Notes: generated from the sequence alone by a model not told the origin. DNA of 64,000 nucleotides from a virus (IMGVR_UViG_3300035670_000143:10950-74949); one strand, 5' to 3'. Positions 49,439 to 58,516 are shown, counted from the first letter of the stretch. A program made the numbers and translations.

Positions 49439-49803
49439 TGGCTGATTATTGGATGAAATTGATTGGACATGTAGCAGTTGATAGTGGTCAGCTTATGCTT
49501 TGTGATCCCTGCTACATTAAGTCTAAGGATTGGGAAGATGGTCCATTTGAAAGAGCAAAACCTGATAACTCTGGTTATTATCCGTTTAATTATAACGGTG
49601 TCTGTGGTGCTACTCTTTCTAATTCGCAAGCTGGAAGCATGGCTTTTGAATCTGGATTTGAAGGTGTAGCGGTTGCTTTTAGTTCTGGATTCGGTGATGG
49701 TTTCTATCCCGTTTATGCTACTTATGTAGATGATCCAGACTTTGGTACGAGGATTGCCAAAGTTGAAGTTGTAATGATTGATATTGACGAGGAGGAAGAA
49801 TAA
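49435..49803 (+). CDS. DUF4241-like protein
   Basis: VAVDSGQLMLCDPCY...SSGFGDGFYPVY. Confidence 0.7.
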   Translation: MMADYWMKLIGHVAVDSGQLMLCDPCYIKSKDWEDGPFERAKPDNSGYYPFNYNGVCGATLSNSQAGSMAFESGFEGVAVAFSSGFGDGFYPVYATYVDDPDFGTRIAKVEVVMIDIDEEEE

Positions 49804-49804
49804 A

Positions 49805-50359
49805 ATGCCTAATTGGTGTGAAAATGAGTTTGCTATTGCGGCAAAGAAAGATAATACTAATATTGATACCCTGTCTCAGTATCTTGATGCTGATGATGGT
49901 TTCTTTGAGAAGTTAATTCCAACTCCGAAAGAACTTTTGGATCTTGGTTCTCCTAATCTTAATGAAGCACAAAAACTTGAGATGATGTCTAAGTATGGGT
50001 CTGCTGATTGGTACTGGTGGAGAGTGAATAACTGGGGTACTAAGTGGGATCTTCATGATATTAATAATCTTCAAATAACGATTGAGGGTGAGTATAAGAT
50101 TATTACTTTCACTTGTGATACTGCTTGGTCGCCTCCTGAAGAAGGTTTCCAAAGAATCTCTGCTATGCCTGAGTTTAGGAATGTTTATTTCTATGCGCAG
50201 TACCATGAGCCTGGTATGGGGTTTGAAGGTTTCTTTTCATTTGTGAATGGTGAAAGCCGTGGTGCTGAATGTGTTCAATCTTATGTCAAGCTCGATGACA
50301 TTCTTGCTGATGTTGAGTTTTATCTTGGAGAAATTGAGCAATTAGATGACAGTATCTAA
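49805..50359 (+). CDS. DUF1281/YubB ferredoxin-like domain protein
   Basis: MPNWCEN...WYWWRVNNWGTKW...DTAWSPP...EPGMGF.G. Confidence 0.8.
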   Translation: MPNWCENEFAIAAKKDNTNIDTLSQYLDADDGFFEKLIPTPKELLDLGSPNLNEAQKLEMMSKYGSADWYWWRVNNWGTKWDLHDINNLQITIEGEYKIITFTCDTAWSPPEEGFQRISAMPEFRNVYFYAQYHEPGMGFEGFFSFVNGESRGAECVQSYVKLDDILADVEFYLGEIEQLDDSI

Positions 50360-50621
50360 CAATGAAACCCCCTGGTATGAACGAGGTGCGTGTAAAGATA
50401 AAAGTGAATACTTTTTTACTGAGCATCTTCCTCTTCGTGAATCAAGAAAACTTGACACGATAGCAAAGTCAATATGCGCTTCTTGCTCTGTCTCTGGTGA
50501 GTGTTTACAGTATGCCATTGATAACAATGAAGAGTATGGAATTTGGGGTGGTATTAAAGCAAAAGATTTGAAGAAGATGTCGATCAGCATTAAGAGAATG
50601 GATGAAAATGTCAAGCACTGA
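50346..50621 (+). CDS. whiB: WhiB-family regulator
   Basis: W...GAC...FF...AKSICASCSV..ECLQYA.....YGIWGG. Confidence 0.9.
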   Translation: MTVSNNETPWYERGACKDKSEYFFTEHLPLRESRKLDTIAKSICASCSVSGECLQYAIDNNEEYGIWGGIKAKDLKKMSISIKRMDENVKH

Positions 50622-50952
50622 AGATATTGAACAACTAATTAAGACTGAGATGATTGCATCATATATTGACAAATATTATGAATATGCTGATCAAGAGGAT
50701 TTTAGCAAACAGTTTATAGATAACTTTTTTTATATTCTTCACGAAATGCTAGGTGATGTTGACTCATTGGATTTTGAAGGTCTTTTGACTAAGACAGTCG
50801 ATATTACAGTCAGCATGATGTTTAATCTAGCCGTGATGATTAAGACAATTAATAAATTTAATCACGATGTTCTTAACGAATCTATGGAATTTATTAGAGA
50901 CAATGTTATTGAGAGTATACGGGAATCGATCAAACGAGGTGCAGATGAGTAA
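50602..50952 (+). CDS. Helical hypothetical protein
   Basis: ORF between the two whiB genes. Confidence 0.6.
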   Translation: MKMSSTEDIEQLIKTEMIASYIDKYYEYADQEDFSKQFIDNFFYILHEMLGDVDSLDFEGLLTKTVDITVSMMFNLAVMIKTINKFNHDVLNESMEFIRDNVIESIRESIKRGADE

Positions 50953-51277
50953 TGAATTTCTGACGATTTTTTCTAAACCAGAGTGGCAGTCTTCTGCCAA
51001 CTGTAAAGGTCAGACAGAAATTTTGTATGCTATTCATACACCCTCTGCTCGCAGAGGCAAAAGAAAGATTTTGATTAAGATTGCCAACATGTGTGAGAAA
51101 TGCCCTGTATCAACAGAGTGTTTACTTTACGCCTGTGAGACAAATCAAGAGTTTGGTGTGTGGGCTTCCTTTACACCAGATCAAATCAAAAAACTTTCTT
51201 CAACCCTTATTGATGTTTCCAAAGTGGAGGCATTAATTGTTCACAATATTCAACAACTCAAGGAGGTTGTTTCATGA
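50945..51277 (+). CDS. whiB: WhiB-family regulator
   Basis: WQSSANCKG...CEKCPVSTECLLYA.....FGVWA. Confidence 0.8.
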   Translation: MSNEFLTIFSKPEWQSSANCKGQTEILYAIHTPSARRGKRKILIKIANMCEKCPVSTECLLYACETNQEFGVWASFTPDQIKKLSSTLIDVSKVEALIVHNIQQLKEVVS

Positions 51278-52218
51278 GCAAGGAAACCGGGAAATTAGAT
51301 CTTGGTTTTGACGAAGTTACTTCTCTTAGAGAACTTCGTAATAGAGGTATTGGCGTACCAATGGTCACAGCAAGCTTTTCTCCTGATATTGTCAAGATTG
51401 CTAGTCCTTCTAAGCATGCTCTTACTTCAGTTGTAAAAGTTAGTGATCTTTTAATAGACTACTCTTACCAGAGACAGCAGAGTAAGGCAAAAGTCGCAAA
51501 AATTGCGAGAAATTTCAACTATGATGCTCTTGGAGTTATCATTGTTTCTATTCGTGAGTCTGGTGATATGTTCATTCTTGACGGTGGACATAGAGTTGCT
51601 GCAATGAATCTTCTTGGCAAGGGTGATGAAAATATCAATGCTCTTGTCTATTTTGATTTGACACTGAAGCAAGAAGCATCTTTGTTCATTTCATTGAATG
51701 AAGAAAGAACAAAGCCGAAGCGTTTCGACATTCATACAGCATCTTCTTCCGCTGGAGAGACAACTGCTGTTGAGATGGATTTACTTCTTGAGAATAACAA
51801 CCTTAGATTCTCTGATGTGAATGGATATGGTTGTGTTCGTGCGGTAGGAACTGTGCGAAAGATGATTGAGAAGATTGGATCAAACAAACTTGATCGTGTT
51901 ATTAAGGTTCTTATCCTTGCTAACGGTAATCATTCAAAGTTTTTGTGTAGTGAATACATCATTGCTTGCTCTGCGATCATCTGTCAGTACCCAAACATCA
52001 AAGATGACAGGCTTGCAAAAGCATTCAATTCGCTAGGTGAACCTTCAATTGCTGTGATGAAGTCAAACGCTATGTCTTCTGGTAAGTCAGCCTTCTCAAA
52101 GGTTCAGTCTCTTTGTTCTGTTATCGTTGATAATTACAACTACAAGATGACAAAGAACCGTCTTGATAAGAACATCATTCTTTTGAGTGATGCAAGAACT
52201 TGCTTTTACAAGGGGTGA
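51274..52218 (+). CDS. ParB/Srx-like N-terminal domain protein (DUF6551-like)
   Basis: IDYSYQR...IARNF...GVIIVS.R...ILDGGHRVAA...EA.LF..LN. Confidence 0.8.
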   Translation: MSKETGKLDLGFDEVTSLRELRNRGIGVPMVTASFSPDIVKIASPSKHALTSVVKVSDLLIDYSYQRQQSKAKVAKIARNFNYDALGVIIVSIRESGDMFILDGGHRVAAMNLLGKGDENINALVYFDLTLKQEASLFISLNEERTKPKRFDIHTASSSAGETTAVEMDLLLENNNLRFSDVNGYGCVRAVGTVRKMIEKIGSNKLDRVIKVLILANGNHSKFLCSEYIIACSAIICQYPNIKDDRLAKAFNSLGEPSIAVMKSNAMSSGKSAFSKVQSLCSVIVDNYNYKMTKNRLDKNIILLSDARTCFYKG

Positions 52219-52219
52219 T

Positions 52220-52432
52220 TTGAAGTTGGGTAAAAAGAAAGCAAGATCTTCTGAAAAGTACTGGTTTGCCACCGGATACTATTGCGGAATGACTGATAAC
52301 TATGATCCACCTAGTAGACAACTACATGATATTGCAATGGAAAGCATTGGATTGGATATCACTAAAGAGTGGGAAGATGGTTGGGAAACCGGAGTTCATG
52401 ATAGAGAAATAGGAGGTTATAGTGACAACTGA
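52220..52432 (+). CDS. Hypothetical protein
   Basis: GYYCG...WEDGWETG..D repeat-like pattern; start uncertain. Confidence 0.5.
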   Translation: MKLGKKKARSSEKYWFATGYYCGMTDNYDPPSRQLHDIAMESIGLDITKEWEDGWETGVHDREIGGYSDN

Positions 52433-52784
52433 AGAAAAGAAGACATGCGAACAAAGAATTTATGATCATCTTAGAAGTCGTGAAGCAAGTATTGCGGAAA
52501 TTTTTGAGGCTTGTGATACAGATTCGCCTGTTGATGGTTATCATGATCCTTATGAAGCTCTGAATAACTTTGCGCTCGGCTATACAGAATGGAAGACTGC
52601 TAAGATTGATCTTTCATGGGGTGGTCCTGCTGATTACCTTACAGCTCTTATTGACCATGAGAATGGCAATAAGATTGTCAGACTTGACTATCACTTTGCT
52701 GATTGGTTTGATCATGCTCAAAAGCCAGTTGATAGAGATACACCTTTGTTTCGTTATGCTGAATACGTTATTGGTACATACTAA
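52422..52784 (+). CDS. Conserved phage hypothetical protein
   Basis: LSWGGPAD...YHFADWFD.A. Confidence 0.7.
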   Translation: MTTEEKKTCEQRIYDHLRSREASIAEIFEACDTDSPVDGYHDPYEALNNFALGYTEWKTAKIDLSWGGPADYLTALIDHENGNKIVRLDYHFADWFDHAQKPVDRDTPLFRYAEYVIGTY

Positions 52785-52798
52785 AAGGGAGAATAATA

Positions 52799-53464
52799 AT
52801 GCAGGAATACATTACACTACGTTTGCCAACTGACCAGTTGGATGAAATGATTGATGAACTTAAGGCTAATCTTTCTGATGAAGTATCTGAGAACATCAAG
52901 AATGACATTATTGAAGAAATTCAGAAGGATATCGAAAAAAATATTGATGATTATATCGACTTAGACGATATCGCTGATACTCTTCATAGAGACTACCTTG
53001 ATTATGATCAAATCGCTAGTGAGATTGAAAATCGTAATGAATCCTTTTCTAGCCAAATTGAATCACTAATTGGTGAGTTCAATCCTGGTGCTCATTGTGG
53101 TCTTGGTCGTGCTGTTGAAGGCTTGATTGAGGATAGCATTGTTTATTCAATGTTTAATAACGATGAGTTTGCTAAGAAGCTCGGTAGTTTTATTGACAAC
53201 TGGTTGTATAAGCCAACTCCTGAGCCTGAAGTTACAGAATCAATCATGAGTGGTGTTACTGAGCGTCTTGGTTTCCCTGAGACAAAGCCAGCAGAGCCGA
53301 CTATTTCTTTGACTGTCAGTCAGCTCAATGAAATTATTCATCGTAGCTTGACTGTCGGTCTTGTGAATACAGTTAACAATAATGTTTCTGATCTTGTTGA
53401 TATCGCAGTTAATCAATTTGATGGAGACATTCAGTCGTTTATCAATACAGAATTGCCGTACTAA
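52799..53464 (+). CDS. Acidic helical protein
   Basis: Very Asp/Glu-rich N-terminal half. Confidence 0.65.
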   Translation: MQEYITLRLPTDQLDEMIDELKANLSDEVSENIKNDIIEEIQKDIEKNIDDYIDLDDIADTLHRDYLDYDQIASEIENRNESFSSQIESLIGEFNPGAHCGLGRAVEGLIEDSIVYSMFNNDEFAKKLGSFIDNWLYKPTPEPEVTESIMSGVTERLGFPETKPAEPTISLTVSQLNEIIHRSLTVGLVNTVNNNVSDLVDIAVNQFDGDIQSFINTELPY

Positions 53465-53476
53465 GGAGGAAAAGTA

Positions 53477-53929
53477 ATGCCTTTGACTTGGAATGTTAGT
53501 GAAGTAGACTTCTACAAAGATGATCTGGATTCTATCTGGATGAAACGAGATGATGGTTGGGGAGAATATGATGATGTTGTTCCCGAATTGAAAGCTCTTA
53601 TCTTTGGTTCAGCAGCAGTTGCTATTGGTCATCTCACAGAGAAAACAGCACCTGATTTCTATGCTAGGTGGAAGTTTTTGGAGAAGGTTGATGGTTTGTA
53701 TGTGACTGCTCATCTGGGTGAAGATGGGTTGTGGAATAACCAGTACATCACTCCTTATATTGTTAAGAAGCACATTGGTCTTTCTACGAATGTTTCTACT
53801 CGTAGCAATGCTGAGTGGGTGAAGAACATTCTTAGGAATGATAAGTCAATTAAGTATTCGTCGCCTGAGGTTAAGGCTATGCTTACTGTTTCTGCTCTAG
53901 AATACAAAGAAAGTATGAGTGACCAATGA
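53477..53929 (+). CDS. Conserved phage hypothetical protein
   Basis: MPLTWN...IG.LTEK...FYAR...HIGLSTNV; AGGAGG RBS. Confidence 0.7.
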   Translation: MPLTWNVSEVDFYKDDLDSIWMKRDDGWGEYDDVVPELKALIFGSAAVAIGHLTEKTAPDFYARWKFLEKVDGLYVTAHLGEDGLWNNQYITPYIVKKHIGLSTNVSTRSNAEWVKNILRNDKSIKYSSPEVKAMLTVSALEYKESMSDQ

Positions 53930-54051
53930 GGAACATTGTGACAAGTGTTATTTGCCCAGAGTGTGATCGTGTTTTCGATCTGCTTGATGAGGATGATGCT
54001 AATGAGTGGTCTTATGGCCATGATTGTGAAGTAACTGAAGAAAACGACTGA
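53926..54051 (+). CDS. Zinc-binding microprotein (41 aa)
   Basis: CPECDRVFDLLDEDDANEWSYGHDCE. Confidence 0.65.
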   Translation: MRNIVTSVICPECDRVFDLLDEDDANEWSYGHDCEVTEEND

Positions 54052-54062
54052 GGGGATAAATA

Positions 54063-55691
54063 ATGGCAAGTAAGTATCTCAAGATTACAAATAAGACTGG
54101 CTTTGTGCCTCGTATCAACTTGGAGAAACTTGGTCTTTCGACTAAGCGAAATGATCCTGGTACTATCGGTCAATTTGGTTCAGGTATTAAGTTTGCTCCT
54201 ATTGCTGCTTTGCGTAATGGTTGGGAATGGTGGTTTGTTGGTACTGATTCTTTGGGTCAGTATAAGTTGCGCTATACAAAAGTAGTTGAAGATGGTGTCG
54301 AATGTGTTGCCTATGATTATGGCGATTACCAGAAGTCTTCTTCTTTTACTATTGATGCTGGTTGCTTGTCTTGGGTTACTCCTTTTCAAATTTATCGTGA
54401 AGCAGTTGCTAACGCTTTCGATGATGGTAATTGGTCAATTGACGTTGTTGATTCTTCTGAACTGACTGTCGTTGATGGTGAGTTTTCTGTGTTTATCTCA
54501 GCAGCACCAGATTTGATCGAAGTTCATAACAACTTTCATAAGTACTTTGCTAATGATCGTGAGGTTCTATATGAAACACGAAGCGTCAAGTTTCTTGAGA
54601 AAGTTGATCACAAACTGAGAATCTACTGTCACAATGTTCTTGTTCATGAGTCTGATCAGTATGAGTCCATTTATGATTTCAATATTGATGACGTTCGTCT
54701 TAATGAAGAGCGTAATCTCGCTTCTCTTTGGGAAGCTGAGTGGACTATTACAGGCAAGATTCCAATGATGGATGATGTCAAGCAGATTGAAAAGATTATC
54801 AGGTATGAGCGAGATAACTTTGAGCCTTTTGAACTTTCAAAGATTTCTGGGGCCAAGTCTTTAGAAGAACATAATGTTTCTAATAAGTGGTACGATGGCT
54901 TTGTGAATGTGTACGGTAAAAACTCTGCTATTTATGATGAAGTTGGTGCTGCTTATAATGTTCAGGATTCGATTAAACTTAGAGGCTTCAATCCTGTACT
55001 GATCTCTAGCGATAACCTTTATTGCATTCTCAAGGCAGCAGGGGTTACAAATTATATTGATGTACTCGGTGAAGAATACAATTTGAACACAGATTTTGAT
55101 CTGTCGCCGGCAAAGTATCCTAACGTAGTTAAGGCAATTGAAGTTGCATCTTCGTTTATCCCAGAAATTAAAGATCTTGTTGTCAGTCAGAAACTTGGTG
55201 TCTTCACCTCTGATCTTGAGCGCAATCTCGGTGTTACTATCAATGCGACAAAGGATCGTTCTGAGCGCATGATGTTTATCAACAAGAATCATGTTCAGGA
55301 TAGCGTCGAAAGTATTGTAGCAACTATTGTTCATGAGTACGATCATCTTGATACAGGCTATGCAGATAGCGATTATCGTTTCTTTAGAGATGTTGCTGAT
55401 CGTCGTATTGCTTCACTAATGATGAAATTTTATGATGCTAAGTTCTACGAACTGGATCAAGATGTGATAGTGTTCCCGATGGACAAGTCATCTCATCTTG
55501 GCTCAAATATGCTTTACACGATTACTCAAAATGCTAACATATCAATCATAACTGTTGGTGATCGGGTATTCATTACCAACCCTGACATTCGCTTTAGTGA
55601 AAACTCAGGTGTTCTTAAAGTAAGCACTAATGGAGTGAATTTCTTGATTCCTGGTTTGTGCAATGTAAACAATGTTACATGTGTGAAGTGA
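54063..55691 (+). CDS. GHKL/HSP90-like ATPase domain + HExxH zincin-like domain protein
   Basis: LGLSTKR...IGQFGSG; REAVANAFD; TIVHEYDH. Confidence 0.75.
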   Translation: MASKYLKITNKTGFVPRINLEKLGLSTKRNDPGTIGQFGSGIKFAPIAALRNGWEWWFVGTDSLGQYKLRYTKVVEDGVECVAYDYGDYQKSSSFTIDAGCLSWVTPFQIYREAVANAFDDGNWSIDVVDSSELTVVDGEFSVFISAAPDLIEVHNNFHKYFANDREVLYETRSVKFLEKVDHKLRIYCHNVLVHESDQYESIYDFNIDDVRLNEERNLASLWEAEWTITGKIPMMDDVKQIEKIIRYERDNFEPFELSKISGAKSLEEHNVSNKWYDGFVNVYGKNSAIYDEVGAAYNVQDSIKLRGFNPVLISSDNLYCILKAAGVTNYIDVLGEEYNLNTDFDLSPAKYPNVVKAIEVASSFIPEIKDLVVSQKLGVFTSDLERNLGVTINATKDRSERMMFINKNHVQDSVESIVATIVHEYDHLDTGYADSDYRFFRDVADRRIASLMMKFYDAKFYELDQDVIVFPMDKSSHLGSNMLYTITQNANISIITVGDRVFITNPDIRFSENSGVLKVSTNGVNFLIPGLCNVNNVTCVK

Positions 55692-55698
55692 GGTCAAT

Positions 55699-55875
55699 AT
55701 GTCATTGAAAAAATGGTTTGAAGAAAGATATAGTGTTGAAGATTTCTTCATCGGTCTATGGCAGCTTTTTTTTATGGGTGCTGTTTTTACTTTTGCTATA
55801 GGTGTTACAATTGTTATTGCACCAATAGTAGCGTTTTTTATGTTATTTTTTCTTTTTGCATTTCTATTTATATGA
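55699..55875 (+). CDS. Small membrane protein (58 aa)
   Basis: Long hydrophobic C-terminal half; GAGG RBS. Confidence 0.5.
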   Translation: MSLKKWFEERYSVEDFFIGLWQLFFMGAVFTFAIGVTIVIAPIVAFFMLFFLFAFLFI

Positions 55876-55881
55876 GGACAG

Positions 55882-56265
55882 ATGCCTAAATTTGACAAGT
55901 ACTACGTTGTAGAGTACAGATTTCCAGTTTTGATTGAGCAAACCGAGACTCCGATTGAGGCTGTTTCAAAAGCCAGTCGTATTTGTGAAAGAACATTTGG
56001 TTTTAAACCAGATAACTGGAACGCTAGAGTGTTTGAATATACTACTGGTGAAAAGATTTCTGGGCCAGTTAAGGAATACTTTTATAATCCAAACTCATCT
56101 TCTGTTCGTGAGATCGAAAAGAATATTGGATACTTCAATGATTTGATATCCAAAGGTGTCACTCCCGATGATCTTATGTCACCAGAAGATGTTGCAAAAA
56201 AAATAGAAAGGAAGGGTGATGGGGTCTCTAAGAAGGCAAAAAAAACTAGAAAAGAGGTGGAATAG
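55882..56265 (+). CDS. Hypothetical protein
   Basis: GAGGA RBS. Confidence 0.6.
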   Translation: MPKFDKYYVVEYRFPVLIEQTETPIEAVSKASRICERTFGFKPDNWNARVFEYTTGEKISGPVKEYFYNPNSSSVREIEKNIGYFNDLISKGVTPDDLMSPEDVAKKIERKGDGVSKKAKKTRKEVE

Positions 56266-56470
56266 TGTATTTGATGAATCGGGTGATGACCTGGAGTTTG
56301 CTCAGAAATGGGTAAGGGAACTCTACACTGCTCTTGTAACGCATAGGCATGATAGGGAATTCAAAGAAGATGTTCTTGAGTCGGCGGTTTCTTTCTGGGA
56401 GTCTAAAATGAATGATCATCAGAAGACGGACGTTTTCATATATCTTCTAGGTTTTCTTGCGAGAAAATAA
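56219..56470 (+). CDS. Hypothetical protein
   Basis: ORF ending just before tRNA-Leu. Confidence 0.5.
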   Translation: MGSLRRQKKLEKRWNSVFDESGDDLEFAQKWVRELYTALVTHRHDREFKEDVLESAVSFWESKMNDHQKTDVFIYLLGFLARK

Positions 56471-56476
56471 AATACT

Positions 56477-56549
56477 GCCTGTGTAGCCCAATGGCAGAGG
56501 CAGAGGACTTAAAATCCTTAAAGTGTGGGTTCGAGTCCCACCACAGGCA
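56477..56549 (+). tRNA. tRNA-Leu(UAA), short variable loop
   Basis: Acceptor GCCTGTG/CACAGGC, anticodon arm GAGGA-CTTAAAA-TCCTT, T arm GTGGG-TTCGAGT-CCCAC; no encoded CCA. Confidence 0.93.
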
Positions 56550-56570
56550 CATCTGGTGTATAATATTATT

Positions 56571-56915
56571 ATGGCAAATGAAGATAAAGTTCTGTACACA
56601 GATGTAATGCTGCAGTTGTTATCTGCCTATAATACTTCTAACGAACACCGTTTTGAAAATGTTGCTATGGTTATCGAATCCTTAACGGAAGAAGGTGATA
56701 TACAAGGTCCAGGTTTATTGTCAGGACTGATATTTGCTTCAGTTCTTCATATGACTATGCTATTGCAAGTCGTTTCTGAGCAGTGCTCTGTTAGTAAGGA
56801 AGATGCTTTGAAGATGTATGCTCTGACTTATTCTACATTTAGACATGAGTTAGCTCAGTTACCTCAGCTTAACCCAGATATTGTAAATGCATTGATGAAA
56901 AAATTCTACGAGTAG
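56571..56915 (+). CDS. Helical hypothetical protein (leaderless)
   Basis: TATAAT at 56559-56564, ATG 6 nt later. Confidence 0.65.
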   Translation: MANEDKVLYTDVMLQLLSAYNTSNEHRFENVAMVIESLTEEGDIQGPGLLSGLIFASVLHMTMLLQVVSEQCSVSKEDALKMYALTYSTFRHELAQLPQLNPDIVNALMKKFYE

Positions 56916-56926
56916 AAAGGCCCGTG

Positions 56927-57439
56927 ATGGGTACATATATTAATATTCATGGTTATCTTGATATCAAAAAAGATAATATTGAAAAAGCAGTTCAAGCTGT
57001 TCGTGATTTAAATCAGCACAATGAATTGAAGCGTGGTGGTACTGTATCACAAGGTGAAAGACAGTACTGGTTCTCTTGGATTCCACCAGAATATGAGGAT
57101 AGTATTCATTCTATTCCAGACATTATTGAAGGTTTACATGGCTGGGATATTATGGAAGAAAGTCTTGATGATGATACATTGAGATACTGGTTCTCATATG
57201 GAGATAAGTGGGGTCAGCATGAAGTTTTCTTTGTTGCTATGGCTCCGTATCTTGAATACTTTGAAGTCAATCATCAGTGTGATGAACTTGATTTTGAAGA
57301 AAGCAAATGGCGGCTTACTATGAATGCTGTGACTAAGACAGTCCATAGCCTTGACGCAGAAATTTTAGTTCATTACCCAGGTCTTGATGATAGCAATGAA
57401 GTTACGCTTGATACTTATAGCATGAGCCATATTCTTTAG
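56927..57439 (+). CDS. Hypothetical protein
   Basis: GAAAGG RBS; LKRGG...WFSW. Confidence 0.65.
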   Translation: MGTYINIHGYLDIKKDNIEKAVQAVRDLNQHNELKRGGTVSQGERQYWFSWIPPEYEDSIHSIPDIIEGLHGWDIMEESLDDDTLRYWFSYGDKWGQHEVFFVAMAPYLEYFEVNHQCDELDFEESKWRLTMNAVTKTVHSLDAEILVHYPGLDDSNEVTLDTYSMSHIL

Positions 57440-57446
57440 GAGCTTT

Positions 57447-57650
57447 ATGCATAACGAAATGAACGACGATGTTCGACAGCAGGTTGTGACAGAAATCTCG
57501 TTGTTGATTGAGGCAGGAAGTTTGTATGATTACAAAGATTTCATGAATCACCTCAAGGCGCAGGATAAAAGATTTCTTCGTGGTCATATGATGTTGAATA
57601 AATTTTTGTACGGTTCTCTTGTGAAAGAAGCGAAGTCTTCTCTTTCATAA
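57447..57650 (+). CDS. Hypothetical protein
   Basis: AGGAG RBS. Confidence 0.55.
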   Translation: MHNEMNDDVRQQVVTEISLLIEAGSLYDYKDFMNHLKAQDKRFLRGHMMLNKFLYGSLVKEAKSSLS

Positions 57651-57658
57651 TAGAATAA

Positions 57659-57730
57659 ACCCCTGTCGTTCACTGGTTAGGACGAGACTCTTATAAAGTC
57701 TTAAAGGTGGTTCGATTCCACCCAGGGGTA
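57659..57730 (+). tRNA. tRNA-Ile(UAU)
   Basis: Acceptor ACCCCTG/CAGGGGT, D arm GTTC/GGAC, anticodon arm AGACT-CTTATAA-AGTCT, T arm GGTGG-TTCGATT-CCACC, A73. Confidence 0.88.
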
Positions 57731-57901
57731 CAAACTACACAGTTTATACACAATAATGTATAATAGATAGATGCCCACTCGGAGGTGGTATTTATTGTTT
57801 AAACCTACTAGTAAAGCGATTTGTTTGTAGGCTCTTCGTTTTGCTACTGAAAATGCGATGCCGAAACGGTTTTCGTTTAGACACACATCTAAGGAGCAAA
57901 T

Positions 57902-58516
57902 ATGAAAATTATAACTTTAATAGCAGCGCTTACTATTAGCGCTCTAATTGCTGGTCCTGTTGTTGTTTCGCAAACAATGGATGATCAGCCTGTGGTAACA
58001 ACAACTACTACTATCAATTATCAACCTGAGGAGAATGCTGATAGACTGGCACAAGAAAGAATCGAATATGTCACAACTACGACGATTTCGCCATTTGCTA
58101 GTGTTGATTGGGTTGGCCTTGATCTTCTTTTAAAGGAAATCAAGAAAGAACAAGACATTCAGAAATACGGAAAGTGCGGTCAATGGTACGATCTAGCAAT
58201 TTCTGTTGGTTGGCCGGCAGAAGAATGGTCAACTATGTCTTATGTATTACATCGTGAAAGTCGGTGTAATATTGGAAGTCATAACAAAACTGATCCTTCG
58301 TCAGGTAGTCGTGGACTAATGCAGATTAATGGTTACTGGTGTAGACCTAGTAAGTGGTCTGAAAAAGGTTGGTTGCAAGATAGAGGCATTTTGAATACTT
58401 GTGACGATCTTTTTGATCCAGAGATTAATCTTCGTGCTGGCTTGGCTATTTGGCAATATGGAGAAGAGAAACATGGTTGCGGTTGGCGTGGTCCTTGGGC
58501 AACGCCTTGTAAGTAA
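57902..58516 (+). CDS. Secreted/membrane-anchored lytic transglycosylase (SLT-like)
   Basis: N-terminal signal/TM, Thr-rich linker, RESRC, SRGLMQIN, LFDPEINL, W..W. Confidence 0.85.
   Translation: MKIITLIAALTISALIAGPVVVSQTMDDQPVVTTTTTINYQPEENADRLAQERIEYVTTTTISPFASVDWVGLDLLLKEIKKEQDIQKYGKCGQWYDLAISVGWPAEEWSTMSYVLHRESRCNIGSHNKTDPSSGSRGLMQINGYWCRPSKWSEKGWLQDRGILNTCDDLFDPEINLRAGLAIWQYGEEKHGCGWRGPWATPCK

Noticed and set aside
56523-56570. N-terminal extension of ORF 56523
   Set aside because: It overlaps tRNA-Leu; the leaderless ATG at 56571 is the better start.
57771-57901. c-di-AMP (ydaO) riboswitch before the muralytic gene
   Set aside because: The context fits but I do not see the conserved ydaO sequence motifs.
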